IMG/VR virus record: IMGVR_UViG_2778261569_000018
Length of the DNA: 9,572 bases
Direction: 5' to 3' (one strand)
Origin: a virus
Lineage: Duplodnaviria > Heunggongvirae > Uroviricota > Caudoviricetes
Shown: positions 1-7,671 of the stretch, piece by piece
Position numbering within the stretch: the first letter of the stretch is position 1
Layout: every line of letters starts with the position of its first letter
Notes under the pieces: model-generated
What the model was told of the DNA's origin: nothing
Seen by the model: only the letters and a program-made list of their open reading frames with translations
The model's database searches: none
Position numbers and translations under genes: made by a program

Positions 1-558
<558 letters not shown>

Positions 559-905
559 GACTGAAGATAATGTGATTGCTCCCGCCTGCTCAACACTCTG
601 TGATCGATACGAATCAGTTCGTACTTATCTACTAGGAAGTTGACTGTATCGGCTAAGGGGAATCCCGTTTTCAATATGTACCTTCATAACAGTGTCGTCA
701 ATGCGCTGCGTATCGTTAAGAGTCAGGCTGTAGTGTTTGTCCTGCAGGTATGTAACTAGGGGCTGTCAGACGGTTACAGAGGACTTCGCCACACGTTTTC
801 GGAATATAGGTAAAATTCTCATCGTCGGTTATTCTGCGAATAAAAGAAATTAATTGCGGACGGGTTTTTCGCGGTACGTCACTGTCGTATGGCAGCCAGC
901 GTATC
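559..905 (-). pseudogene. cbtA: CbtA/YkfI/YpjF-family toxin remnant, frameshifted and 3'-truncated by the IS insertion at 558
   Basis: Minus-strand translation of about 628-765 gives QPLVTYLQDKHYSLTLNDTQRIDDTVMKVHIENGIPL, then stop. A different frame from about 653 to 559 gives ADTVNFLVDKYELIRIDHRVLSRREQSHYLQ and runs straight into the IS end. This matches the central region of CbtA/YkfI toxins as recalled. The N-terminal region is not recognisable in any frame and there is no intact ORF of 60 aa or more. Confidence 0.55.
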
Positions 906-910
906 TTGGT

Positions 911-1319
911 TTATGCCCTGCTCCGTATTGTTATGTCGGTCGGTATGGCATAATGCAGTCCTAGCTTTTTCATCGCTGGCAAATGTACCAGTGCGAACCG
1001 AAGGGGGGATTCACCGATCATCCTTTTCGCATACAGCGTGACGGTCTGCTGATGACGGGGATTCAGTTCACCGCTGGTGAACATGAGTTCCAGTTGTTTC
1101 ATCAGCAGTGGAAAGGCTTGGTCCAGATGGTATGCATCCGCATCGCTGAACCGGCCTCTGATACCGGCGCGGTCTGCAAGGTAATGCAACTGATTGCCCT
1201 CCTGCACCAGACGGGCGCCAAAACGGGGTGTCACTGTCACGAACGGTGCAGGGCAGCCCCCACCAGGGGCGGTCGTGATTGTCGTCGGGATAATTTGTTT
1301 CATGGAGCGTGTCTGACAC
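911..1319 (-). pseudogene. cbeA: CbeA (YeeU)-like antitoxin with an internal frameshift
   Basis: N-terminus MSDTLHETNYPDDNHDRPWWGLPCTV is in one frame (GTG start at 1317-1319). The rest, TPRFGARLVQEGNQLHYLADRAGIRGRFSDADAYHLDQAFPLLMKQLELMFTSGELNPRHQQTVTLYAK..., is in a second frame. The shift maps to 1229-1244, where there is an apparent 10-nt insertion containing a GTGACA GTGACA tandem duplication. The open frame also runs past the expected C-terminus to 911. Confidence 0.7.
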
Positions 1320-1398
1320 GATAAAATCCTCACAGAAAATCGGTTAAGAACGGTCAGGTAATGTCGATAATTCTGCTCATCAGAATGCCCTTACTGAC

Positions 1399-1620
1399 TC
1401 AGTTCAGAGTGACGCTCATCAGCCGGACATACGGGCCAAAACTGTCCTTACGGCGTTCTGCAAACACGGCCAGCACACCGGGAATATTCTGCACTTCACG
1501 ACCGGTATACGCCTTAGCACTGCCGTGCCAGCGGTATTTGCCGGTACAGAACGGAAAAAGACGGGATGCAGGATGCTGTTGGTGAATACGCATGGCTTCA
1601 CCACGGGTGATGATTTTCAT
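1399..1620 (-). CDS. yeeT: YeeT/YkfH/YpjJ-family protein (DUF987)
   Basis: 73-aa ORF MKIITRGEAMRIHQQHP...VRLMSVTLN with ATG start, near-identical to my recollection of E. coli YeeT. Sits in the conserved position between the RadC-like gene and the antitoxin. Confidence 0.85.
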   Translation of the reverse strand: MKIITRGEAMRIHQQHPASRLFPFCTGKYRWHGSAKAYTGREVQNIPGVLAVFAERRKDSFGPYVRLMSVTLN

Positions 1621-1688
1621 GGTGTGATACCTCTGAAGACAGAAGATAAAAGTGAAAACAGGTGTGATGTGGTGGTGACGGTGACGGG

Positions 1689-2165
1689 TTAAAGCAGACC
1701 ATGTTCGGCAAAGGAGAAAACCTGGTTGCCACCAACTATCAGATGGTCCGGCACCCGGATATCCACCAGGCCCAGTGCCTGTACCAGACGTTCCGTGATA
1801 AGGCGGTCTGCCTTGCTGGGTGTGACTTCACCGGACGGGTGATTGTGTGCCAGCACCACGGCTGCGGCATTGTGGTACAGGGCGCGTTTAATCACTTCCC
1901 GGGGATGGACTTCCGTGCGGTTGATGGTGCCGGTGAAGAGGGTTTCACCGGCAATCAGCTGATTCTGGTTGTTCAGATACAGCACCCGGAATTCTTCACG
2001 CTCCAGTCCCGCCATGTTCAGAATCAGCCATTCCCGTGCCGTACGGGTGGAGGTGAAGGCCACGCCGGGTTCATGAAGATGGCGGTCCAGGGTTTTCAGG
2101 GCCCGCAGAATGAGGCTGCGCTCTCTGGTTGTCATTTCTCCGGGCAGAAAGGAAAGCTGCTGCAT
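1689..2165 (-). CDS. yeeS: RadC-like JAB-domain protein (YeeS/YkfG/YfjY family)
   Basis: 158-aa ORF with the JAB/MPN metal-binding motif HNHPSG and the conserved RadC-like C-terminus. ATG start at 2163-2165 preceded by AAGGGGG. Confidence 0.88.
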   Translation of the reverse strand: MQQLSFLPGEMTTRERSLILRALKTLDRHLHEPGVAFTSTRTAREWLILNMAGLEREEFRVLYLNNQNQLIAGETLFTGTINRTEVHPREVIKRALYHNAAAVVLAHNHPSGEVTPSKADRLITERLVQALGLVDIRVPDHLIVGGNQVFSFAEHGLL

Positions 2166-2180
2166 TGTTCCGGCCCCCTT

Positions 2181-2666
2181 TCAGTCGATGATGCGCATAA
2201 TGGCGTTGCATTCCGGATGCTGCAGGGCGTAATCCCGCAGCCGGTAATAATGGACCGTCATGGCATAACACTCCGTACGACAGGCATGATGGCTGTACGT
2301 CATCAGACAGGCGGCAATACCGGCGGCTTCCGGGCTCATTTCAGCGCGGTTACCGTTCATGGCATTGAACAGTACCCATGTTTCTCCATCATCTTCATCC
2401 GGTTCTGGAGCCATAAATGCCCCGCCGTTGTTCAGGGTGTACAGATTCCAGATACCACCACAGTAGTCTTCGCAAAGACGGTCCATCCAGCCGAAGATAC
2501 GGGGCTCCAGGGTCACCCACTGTGAAATGAGGCCAAAATGTTGCGGCCAGAAGCTGATGCGCTGTTCATCAGGGACGAGAGTAGCAACCAGCTGAGGTGG
2601 GTTATTCCCTGATGCAGCGGTTACGGAAACAGAAGGTGTGGTGGAATTATGCGTAACGGTTGTCAT
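2181..2666 (-). CDS. Antirestriction protein, KlcA/ArdB-like (YfjX/YafX family)
   Basis: 161-aa ORF; the region WNLYTLNNGGAFMAPEPDEDDGETWVLFN...MTYSHHA matches the island-borne antirestriction family as recalled. Conserved position directly upstream of the RadC-like gene. Confidence 0.8.
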   Translation of the reverse strand: MTTVTHNSTTPSVSVTAASGNNPPQLVATLVPDEQRISFWPQHFGLISQWVTLEPRIFGWMDRLCEDYCGGIWNLYTLNNGGAFMAPEPDEDDGETWVLFNAMNGNRAEMSPEAAGIAACLMTYSHHACRTECYAMTVHYYRLRDYALQHPECNAIMRIID

Positions 2667-2757
2667 GAGATTATTCCTTATAAAAAGTAAATGAATGGAA
2701 GAATGCCCGGGGGAAGGGACAGCCGTGAGTCAGGACTGCGCTTTCAGGGAAAAGGCA

Positions 2758-3576
2758 TCAGCGCATGCTCTCCAGCAGCGTTTCTGCCATCACCCACAAT
2801 GCCCGGTTGAGCTTAATGTCGGTATCGATGCTGTGAATGGCACGGGTGTGGATACGTTTTCCTTTTGCACTGCGACCGGAAAGCCCGCCTTTCAGCATAT
2901 TCTCCTGGATGGTCTGATAAGCACTCCACAGGTCCTTACCGTAATCCTCCCTGCGTCGTGGTGTCAGAATGTCGGCGGTGGTGACGGGCTGATGTTCGTC
3001 ACCATAACGGTAAGTCAGTGCCGCCTGTGCCAGCGCCTGGCGTGCCGGTGGCGGCAGGACCAGCGACTGCATGGCATCACGCTTCTCCTCTATCCGGTCA
3101 AACACACCCACCACCTCGTAAGCCCCTTCAATGACTCTGTCCACCACATTTCCCCGGTGCGGAACACGCACTTCCCCCAGAGACTGACCACAGACGCAGC
3201 CGTTCTGGCAGACGAATCTGAAGTAACCCGGCAGCATCTGGTAGCTGGAGGTACCGTCATGGGAGTTGAGCAGAATAATTTCAGGGACATGTTGTCCGTT
3301 TATCTCCCCGTCACGGCGCAGACGCAGCATGTGTTTGGTATACCCCCGGCGGCCCGGGTCACGTACGCGGGTCTGGCAGGCGAAGAATGGCTGAAAGCCT
3401 TCCCGCTGCAGGCTTTCCAGCACTGTGATGGTGGGGATGTACGAATACCGTTCACTGCGGGAGGTATGCCGGTCTTCCCCAAAAATGCTGGGAACATAGT
3501 GCATCAGTTCTTCATGGGTCAGTGGGCGGTCACGGCGTATCTGATTAATCCGTCCGAAGCGACTGGCTAATCGCAT
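2758..3576 (-). CDS. DUF932-domain protein (YfjQ/YafZ family)
   Basis: The ORF-track frame extends to 3636, but the family N-terminus MRLASRFGRINQIRRDRPL begins at the ATG at 3574-3576, which has AAGGAG 6 nt upstream. The upstream extension overlaps a terminator hairpin. 273 aa as annotated. Confidence 0.8.
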   Translation of the reverse strand: MRLASRFGRINQIRRDRPLTHEELMHYVPSIFGEDRHTSRSERYSYIPTITVLESLQREGFQPFFACQTRVRDPGRRGYTKHMLRLRRDGEINGQHVPEIILLNSHDGTSSYQMLPGYFRFVCQNGCVCGQSLGEVRVPHRGNVVDRVIEGAYEVVGVFDRIEEKRDAMQSLVLPPPARQALAQAALTYRYGDEHQPVTTADILTPRRREDYGKDLWSAYQTIQENMLKGGLSGRSAKGKRIHTRAIHSIDTDIKLNRALWVMAETLLESMR

Positions 3577-3600
3577 AATTAACTCCTTATCTGATAATGA

Positions 3601-3640
3601 AATAAAAGCAAAAAGGCCATGTCCCCGGAGGAACATGGCC
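3601..3640 (-). terminator. Rho-independent terminator downstream of the 312-aa secreted-protein gene
   Basis: Minus strand reads GGCCATGT-(10 nt loop)-ACATGGCC (8-bp perfect stem, 3615-3622 with 3633-3640) followed by TTTTTGCTTTTATT (3601-3614). Confidence 0.6.
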
Positions 3641-3665
3641 TGATGGAATATATTATTGCTGATGA

Positions 3666-4604
3666 TTAATGTTGCTGATTTTTCTCTTTAACTTTTGACC
3701 ATGAGGGGCGTCGGTTGCCGGAAAATTCCTTCTGCATTGACCAGTAACCAATCGGGAACTGCTTCACCAGCACCCCGTTGATACCAATATCGACGGACAG
3801 ATACTGACCGTTGTTGATGCTGCCCTTGCGGATGTACGCATCCGCACTGCAGGTGCCGGTATCATACTGCCGCCATGTTGCGGTATCGCGGGCGGCAACA
3901 TAAAAATCACCGAAAGCACAGCCCGTTGCTGACTTACGATTCAGAACGGCAACGTAATACTTAGTGTTGGCTATAATGGCGCAACTGCTGCTCTGACCGC
4001 CGCAGACCTGCCATAACGTTTTGCTGCTGTCACCCTTAAAGGTCCAGATAGTGTCTGCCGGTGCGCCGTCTGTATGTGTTACTGGCAATGCCGGAGCCTG
4101 CTGCACTGGTGTAACGTCGGGTACGTCGCGGCGTAATAGTCGTGCTTCAGCATCCCCGACATCGCCAAACATGTTTTCCTCTCCGCTGTTGTAATAAAAA
4201 CCGGCAATAACATGTTCTGAGGGGATATACAGTATTTTCAGATAATGGTCACCGCAATTACCCCGCTCACAGACAGACCCCAGCAGCCACTTCTCGTCAC
4301 CAACGACCACCGGAATTAATCCACTGTCAGGGCCGTTCATGGAGCCCTGTTTTCCCGTTAACCCGGTGAGTCCTGCTGACTTCAGCGCATCATCAAGGTC
4401 TTTCTTGAATACCGGGTCGGCATCGTAGATACTGCCCAGAAAGGGGCAGGAACCGTATCCGTTTTCATTATCACCAGCATCAGGATCACAGCGCATTGCA
4501 TCTGCTGCCGTTTTTGCGACACCGGCAGCGTAAACTCCGGTGGAAATAAAACAAAGCGAGGATATCAGTATTATCTGTTTTAATTTACGTAATACAAGAA
4601 ACAT
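3666..4604 (-). CDS. Secreted two-domain protein of unknown function; N-terminal domain carries an Ivy-like C-x4-C-G motif
   Basis: 312-aa ORF with ATG start. N-terminal signal peptide (hydrophobic core IILISSLCFISTGVYA, likely cleavage after VYA; no canonical lipobox). Cys-rich mature protein with VCERGNCGDHYLKILY motif. Terminator immediately downstream. Confidence 0.7.
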   Translation of the reverse strand: MFLVLRKLKQIILISSLCFISTGVYAAGVAKTAADAMRCDPDAGDNENGYGSCPFLGSIYDADPVFKKDLDDALKSAGLTGLTGKQGSMNGPDSGLIPVVVGDEKWLLGSVCERGNCGDHYLKILYIPSEHVIAGFYYNSGEENMFGDVGDAEARLLRRDVPDVTPVQQAPALPVTHTDGAPADTIWTFKGDSSKTLWQVCGGQSSSCAIIANTKYYVAVLNRKSATGCAFGDFYVAARDTATWRQYDTGTCSADAYIRKGSINNGQYLSVDIGINGVLVKQFPIGYWSMQKEFSGNRRPSWSKVKEKNQQH

Positions 4605-4632
4605 GATTATTTTTACTCCATCCTGTTTATAT

Positions 4633-4660
4633 AAAAGAAACGGGCTCCGTGAAGAGCCCT
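4633..4660 (-). terminator. Rho-independent terminator downstream of the 136-aa secreted-protein gene
   Basis: Minus strand reads GGGCTC-TTCACG-GAGCCC (6-bp GC stem, 4642-4647 with 4654-4659) followed by GTTTCTTTT (4633-4640). Confidence 0.5.
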
Positions 4661-4669
4661 GTAAAAAAT

Positions 4670-5080
4670 TTAAAAGTCAATGGTATTAAGACCAACATTC
4701 TTTTTGATGGAGGGATCGTAAATAACAACGGTAAGATGGTCTTTGTCTGAAGAACGGACAAACTTAGCGGTGGCCTCACCACTGCATGTTGCATGACGGT
4801 TATAATCCATCATTTTACCTTTGCTGGTAGCAAGATTGACAACGATGATATAAGGATCATAACAGGCCGAACCTCCCGGACTGCTCAGCAAGGCATATTT
4901 GCCATCATCAGAGACACCAATGAGGCTGCATATCCCGTCTTTTATATCCTCACTTCCGCACATCTGCTCACTTCCATCTTTCACATCAATCACAGTACGG
5001 GGTAATTTAACCTCTGTAGCATTAACTGATGCACTCAACAACAAACCTGAAACTATTAATGACAATATAAACGCTTTCAT
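4670..5080 (-). CDS. Small secreted protein of unknown function
   Basis: 136-aa ORF. Signal peptide MKAFILSLIVSGLLLSASVNA with predicted cleavage before TEV. Four Cys in the mature part. ATG start overlaps the primase stop (ATGA). Local sequence is visibly more AT-rich than its neighbours. Confidence 0.7.
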   Translation of the reverse strand: MKAFILSLIVSGLLLSASVNATEVKLPRTVIDVKDGSEQMCGSEDIKDGICSLIGVSDDGKYALLSSPGGSACYDPYIIVVNLATSKGKMMDYNRHATCSGEATAKFVRSSDKDHLTVVIYDPSIKKNVGLNTIDF

Positions 5081-5895
5081 ATACTCATCCTGTTTATCAT
5101 TACGGGGGATATATTCCTTTTATTCTGGGCGACATATAACAGGTTCCCGGCATCAATCGCCGCCACTGTCAGCGCCTCTGGACGAATTAAATGGGCAGAT
5201 AATGCCGTTGCCAGCCCTTCTGCGATTAAGATGCTCTGTGTTGTTTCTGGCGCGTTTATGGCGTGATATGCCCCCCGCTTTGCTGAACCTGTCAGGAGTC
5301 TTTTTTCACCATGTGATGTAATAGTCTGTGCTGCTGTGACTGCGCCGGATTTATCCACCAGCGCCAGCAACAGAGATCCATCGGGCAACACGGGGAATGT
5401 AAAATCACCTACCCCTTTCGCAACCAGATAATCAGATTTGCCGTTTACAGCCTTTCTGCGCATGTCATCAAACTGACGGGAAAACGTATCCCGTCTTTGT
5501 TGTTCGTCCTTCTCTGCCCTTTTCAGGCGCTCCTGTTCGCGTCGCTGGCGCTCGGTTTCCAGTTGTTCCCGTTTCTGGCTGGTGGCTTCTGGTGTTTCCG
5601 TTGTCCGGTAATCAATACCCAGAACATCAGCGGCAAGAAGCGCCGCCTCTGTTGTGTCGCAGTTATTTACGCGTTTAATTAAATCCAGCCCATCACCAGC
5701 GCCGCACTGATTACAGATGAAGCTACCGCGCCCGTTGTCATCGAACCGGAATCGATCTTTGCCCCCACATGCAGGGCAGGGAGCATGACGGCGCGGAGAG
5801 TCAGGGACATTTATGTTCAGGCAGCCCAGCACATGAGGCCAGTTGTTTTCAGACGCACTGATAACCTGACGGATAAGATCAATGTTTCGCATCAC
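5077..5895 (-). CDS. Primase-like protein: N-terminal zinc ribbon (primase-helicase type), coiled-coil linker, C-terminal Toprim-like region
   Basis: 272-aa ORF. CPACGGKDRFRFDDNGRGSFICNQCGAGDG is a four-Cys zinc ribbon of the kind found at the N-terminus of phage and plasmid primases. Charged linker QKREQLETERQRREQERLKRAEKDEQQRRD. C-terminal ILIAEGLATALS and AIDAG resemble Toprim acidic motifs. Confidence 0.75.
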   Translation of the reverse strand: MMRNIDLIRQVISASENNWPHVLGCLNINVPDSPRRHAPCPACGGKDRFRFDDNGRGSFICNQCGAGDGLDLIKRVNNCDTTEAALLAADVLGIDYRTTETPEATSQKREQLETERQRREQERLKRAEKDEQQRRDTFSRQFDDMRRKAVNGKSDYLVAKGVGDFTFPVLPDGSLLLALVDKSGAVTAAQTITSHGEKRLLTGSAKRGAYHAINAPETTQSILIAEGLATALSAHLIRPEALTVAAIDAGNLLYVAQNKRNISPVMINRMSI

Positions 5896-6250
5896 CGTAC
5901 CCCACGTGGTCTATAGCGTTTGCGATATGGCTAACCAGCATCTGCCACTTGGTTATTCCGTAATCAGTCAGCATGCCATCATTGTTTAGCCACATATCAA
6001 ATTCAGCGGTTGTCGCAAGTTTCCACTTATCGCCGTGGACAGTCCTCATTGCTGGGTACATGAATGCGCAAATCAGATCACAAACATCTGACGGCTTCAG
6101 AGATGTAGTAATGGTGCGTCCCTCTGGCGTCTGAATTGCCATTTTCTCTTCACCAGTAGAATGAAGGTTATGAATCCACACAGCACCAGCAATCTTTGCC
6201 ACCTGCTCTCCGATTGCGGAGCTAAGCGCCATTTCTGCATTTTCACGCAT
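5879..6250 (-). CDS. Hypothetical protein, 123 aa
   Basis: ATG start at 6248-6250. Its 3' end overlaps the primase start by 17 nt, and its start overlaps the upstream gene's stop (ATGCGTGA). Part of a same-strand, tightly packed operon. Confidence 0.6.
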   Translation of the reverse strand: MRENAEMALSSAIGEQVAKIAGAVWIHNLHSTGEEKMAIQTPEGRTITTSLKPSDVCDLICAFMYPAMRTVHGDKWKLATTAEFDMWLNNDGMLTDYGITKWQMLVSHIANAIDHVGYGDAKH

Positions 6251-6584
6251 GAGAACCTCCCGCTACAGTTGCGCCCATGTCATTAACCATGCTTTGCCAT
6301 ATCTCACGCCCGACGTCAGTCAATCCGTCCTTAGTGACGCAACGCTCAAGAAGCTCGATCCCCACGGTTTCCCACTGCGGGTAGAACACTTTCATGGCTG
6401 CCAGTGTGTAGCTATCGATCAGGCTGCGAACGCCTTTTACTCCATTAACGATTTCCACACGTACGGCCTCGCCGTCCGCATCAACCATGAAATAGTCCCC
6501 GCCGCTGGTGGAGGTAATGTGGTTATACAGTGCCGACGCATACTTATTTGCCAGCGCATTCAGTCGGAAATTTTTAGTAATCAT
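6243..6584 (-). CDS. Hypothetical protein, 113 aa
   Basis: ATG start at 6582-6584 with GAGGA upstream. Stop overlaps the next start in an 8-nt ATGCGTGA junction. Confidence 0.6.
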   Translation of the reverse strand: MITKNFRLNALANKYASALYNHITSTSGGDYFMVDADGEAVRVEIVNGVKGVRSLIDSYTLAAMKVFYPQWETVGIELLERCVTKDGLTDVGREIWQSMVNDMGATVAGGSHA

Positions 6585-6594
6585 GGCTCCATCC

Positions 6595-7197
6595 TCAGTG
6601 CGTCACTGGTTCCGCTGGCATGCCGTTTTCATTCAGTTCAGCTATAAAGCTGTTGTGAAGTTCAGCAAGCGTTTCACGACCAAATGGAGTCAGTGCTCCT
6701 TGTTCCACATCCATCATGGCTCTGTAGAAAATGATGGCGCGTTCTGTGCCAGACTCGATGCCAAAACGTTCTATCATCGCTCCCTCAATGTTGTTTGCCA
6801 TAGCGAGGCGCTCTGCTACTGGATACAGCGGCATGGCGACGATGCCGTTGGAATAAACAGCCACTTCGGAAGGATTGCCAGTATCATCAATGATGCTGAC
6901 AGTGCCGTTTTCCTCTCTCATTTCCAGCATGAATACTGTTGCGATCAGCCATCTCCACATAATGACGTTATGCTGTGATGTGTAATCGAAATATCCCTGG
7001 TTGCCGCCATCGGCAATAGCGAGATGTATTGACATACCTTCATCTGGTTTATCGTCATAATCCCCGGCATCCAGACGATTTACGGCATCAATATATGAGA
7101 CGGCCTCAACGCGTTCTGTCATGCCATCGTTGCTGCGGTACATGATGTTTACGCCGTCAGGCGTTGCTTCTGTATGGAAAGTTAAGAAATTATTCAT
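6595..7197 (-). CDS. Hypothetical protein, about 200 aa
   Basis: The ORF-track frame extends to 7302, but the ATG at 7195-7197 (MNNFLTFHTEATPDG...) has GAGG 6 nt upstream and forms the same 8-nt ATGAATAA overlap with the upstream stop seen elsewhere in the operon. Confidence 0.55.
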   Translation of the reverse strand: MNNFLTFHTEATPDGVNIMYRSNDGMTERVEAVSYIDAVNRLDAGDYDDKPDEGMSIHLAIADGGNQGYFDYTSQHNVIMWRWLIATVFMLEMREENGTVSIIDDTGNPSEVAVYSNGIVAMPLYPVAERLAMANNIEGAMIERFGIESGTERAIIFYRAMMDVEQGALTPFGRETLAELHNSFIAELNENGMPAEPVTH

Positions 7198-7411
7198 GTT
7201 TCGCCTCGCCTGAATGATTCTGTAACTCATATTTGCCCAACAATTCGTCCGCTTCCTGAATAGCTTCTGGTACGCCATTGAGCAGTGACATAACCGCGCC
7301 AATCATTAACTTGTCTCTGTTGCTGGGGCTGGCCCCTTCAAGCCAGAACCCTAAAACAGTCTGAACCTGTTCGATGCGACATTGCGCTTCAATGAGCTGG
7401 ATGTTGGTCAT
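7190..7411 (-). CDS. Hypothetical small protein, 73 aa
   Basis: ATG start at 7409-7411 overlapping the upstream stop (ATGA). Stop TAA at 7190-7192 overlaps the downstream start. Confidence 0.55.
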   Translation of the reverse strand: MTNIQLIEAQCRIEQVQTVLGFWLEGASPSNRDKLMIGAVMSLLNGVPEAIQEADELLGKYELQNHSGEAKHE

Positions 7412-7671
7412 TTCGCACTCTCCACATCGATTAAACCGATATCTATCAGGGAGGTAACTTTTTGTAGCCAGCTATTGATTACTGTCGCCTGTTCCCCGCC
7501 CACCGAGGGAACAATCTCATTCATCACATGAACCAGACCTGTGCGCGCTCTGGTAAGCCGTTCAGTCGCGCAATCTGCGGGAGTGAATGTGTCTGGATAT
7601 GGCTCTTCACGCCCCAGCAATGATTCAATTTCCAGCTCACACGGATGACGATAAATTAAGTTGATATTCAT
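7408..7671 (-). CDS. Hypothetical small protein, 87 aa
   Basis: ATG start at 7669-7671 overlapping the upstream stop (ATGA). Confidence 0.55.
   Translation of the reverse strand: MNINLIYRHPCELEIESLLGREEPYPDTFTPADCATERLTRARTGLVHVMNEIVPSVGGEQATVINSWLQKVTSLIDIGLIDVESAK

Noticed and set aside
983-1324. 113-aa plus-strand ORF and the 140-aa minus-strand ORF start at 1333
   Set aside because: The plus ORF is antisense to the antitoxin. The first 26 residues of the 140-aa minus ORF are out-of-frame translation upstream of the frameshift; the real N-terminus is in the other frame, starting at 1319.
1361-1604. ORFs 1361-1585 (plus) and 1419-1604 (minus) overlapping yeeT
   Set aside because: The 73-aa frame at 1399-1620 is the one that matches YeeT; these are alternative-frame artefacts.
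1701-2525. 274-aa ORF on the plus strand
   Set aside because: Antisense to the RadC-like and antirestriction genes, which match conserved families. No recognisable motifs. Long open antisense frames are common in GC-rich coding DNA.
2667-2757. Possible regulatory palindrome in the DUF932/antirestriction intergenic region
   Set aside because: Only short imperfect inverted repeats (GTCAGGAC-type); no convincing -35/-10 pair or operator-like symmetry could be read by eye.
2071-3497. Short minus-strand ORFs 2071-2271, 3090-3290 and 3300-3497
   Set aside because: Out-of-frame inside the RadC-like, antirestriction and DUF932 genes; Pro/Arg/Ala-rich low-complexity translations.
2695-3570. 291-aa ORF on the plus strand
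   Set aside because: Antisense to the DUF932 gene, whose minus-strand product matches the family along its whole length.
4613-4621. Three-codon upstream ORF (ATG GAG TAA) ahead of the 312-aa gene
   Set aside because: More simply explained as the relic of the primase C-terminal codons than as a regulatory leader peptide.
4670-5080. The 136-aa secreted protein as an AB5-toxin B subunit
   Set aside because: Size, signal peptide and cysteine count are compatible, but I see no sequence similarity to LT-B, SubB or pertussis-like B subunits and no A-subunit (ADP-ribosyltransferase) motifs in the neighbouring 312-aa protein.
4793-5682. Plus-strand ORFs 4793-5005, 4899-5321 and 5497-5682
   Set aside because: Antisense to the secreted-protein and primase genes; no RBS or motifs noted.
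6585-6600. Third copy of AGGATGGAG at the 6585-6600 gene junction
   Set aside because: Only 9 nt and overlaps a Shine-Dalgarno-like GAGGA; likely chance or RBS-driven similarity rather than another cassette boundary.
6249-6978. Plus-strand ORFs 6249-6647 and 6508-6978
   Set aside because: Antisense to the translationally coupled minus-strand operon, and they would break the regular overlap pattern.
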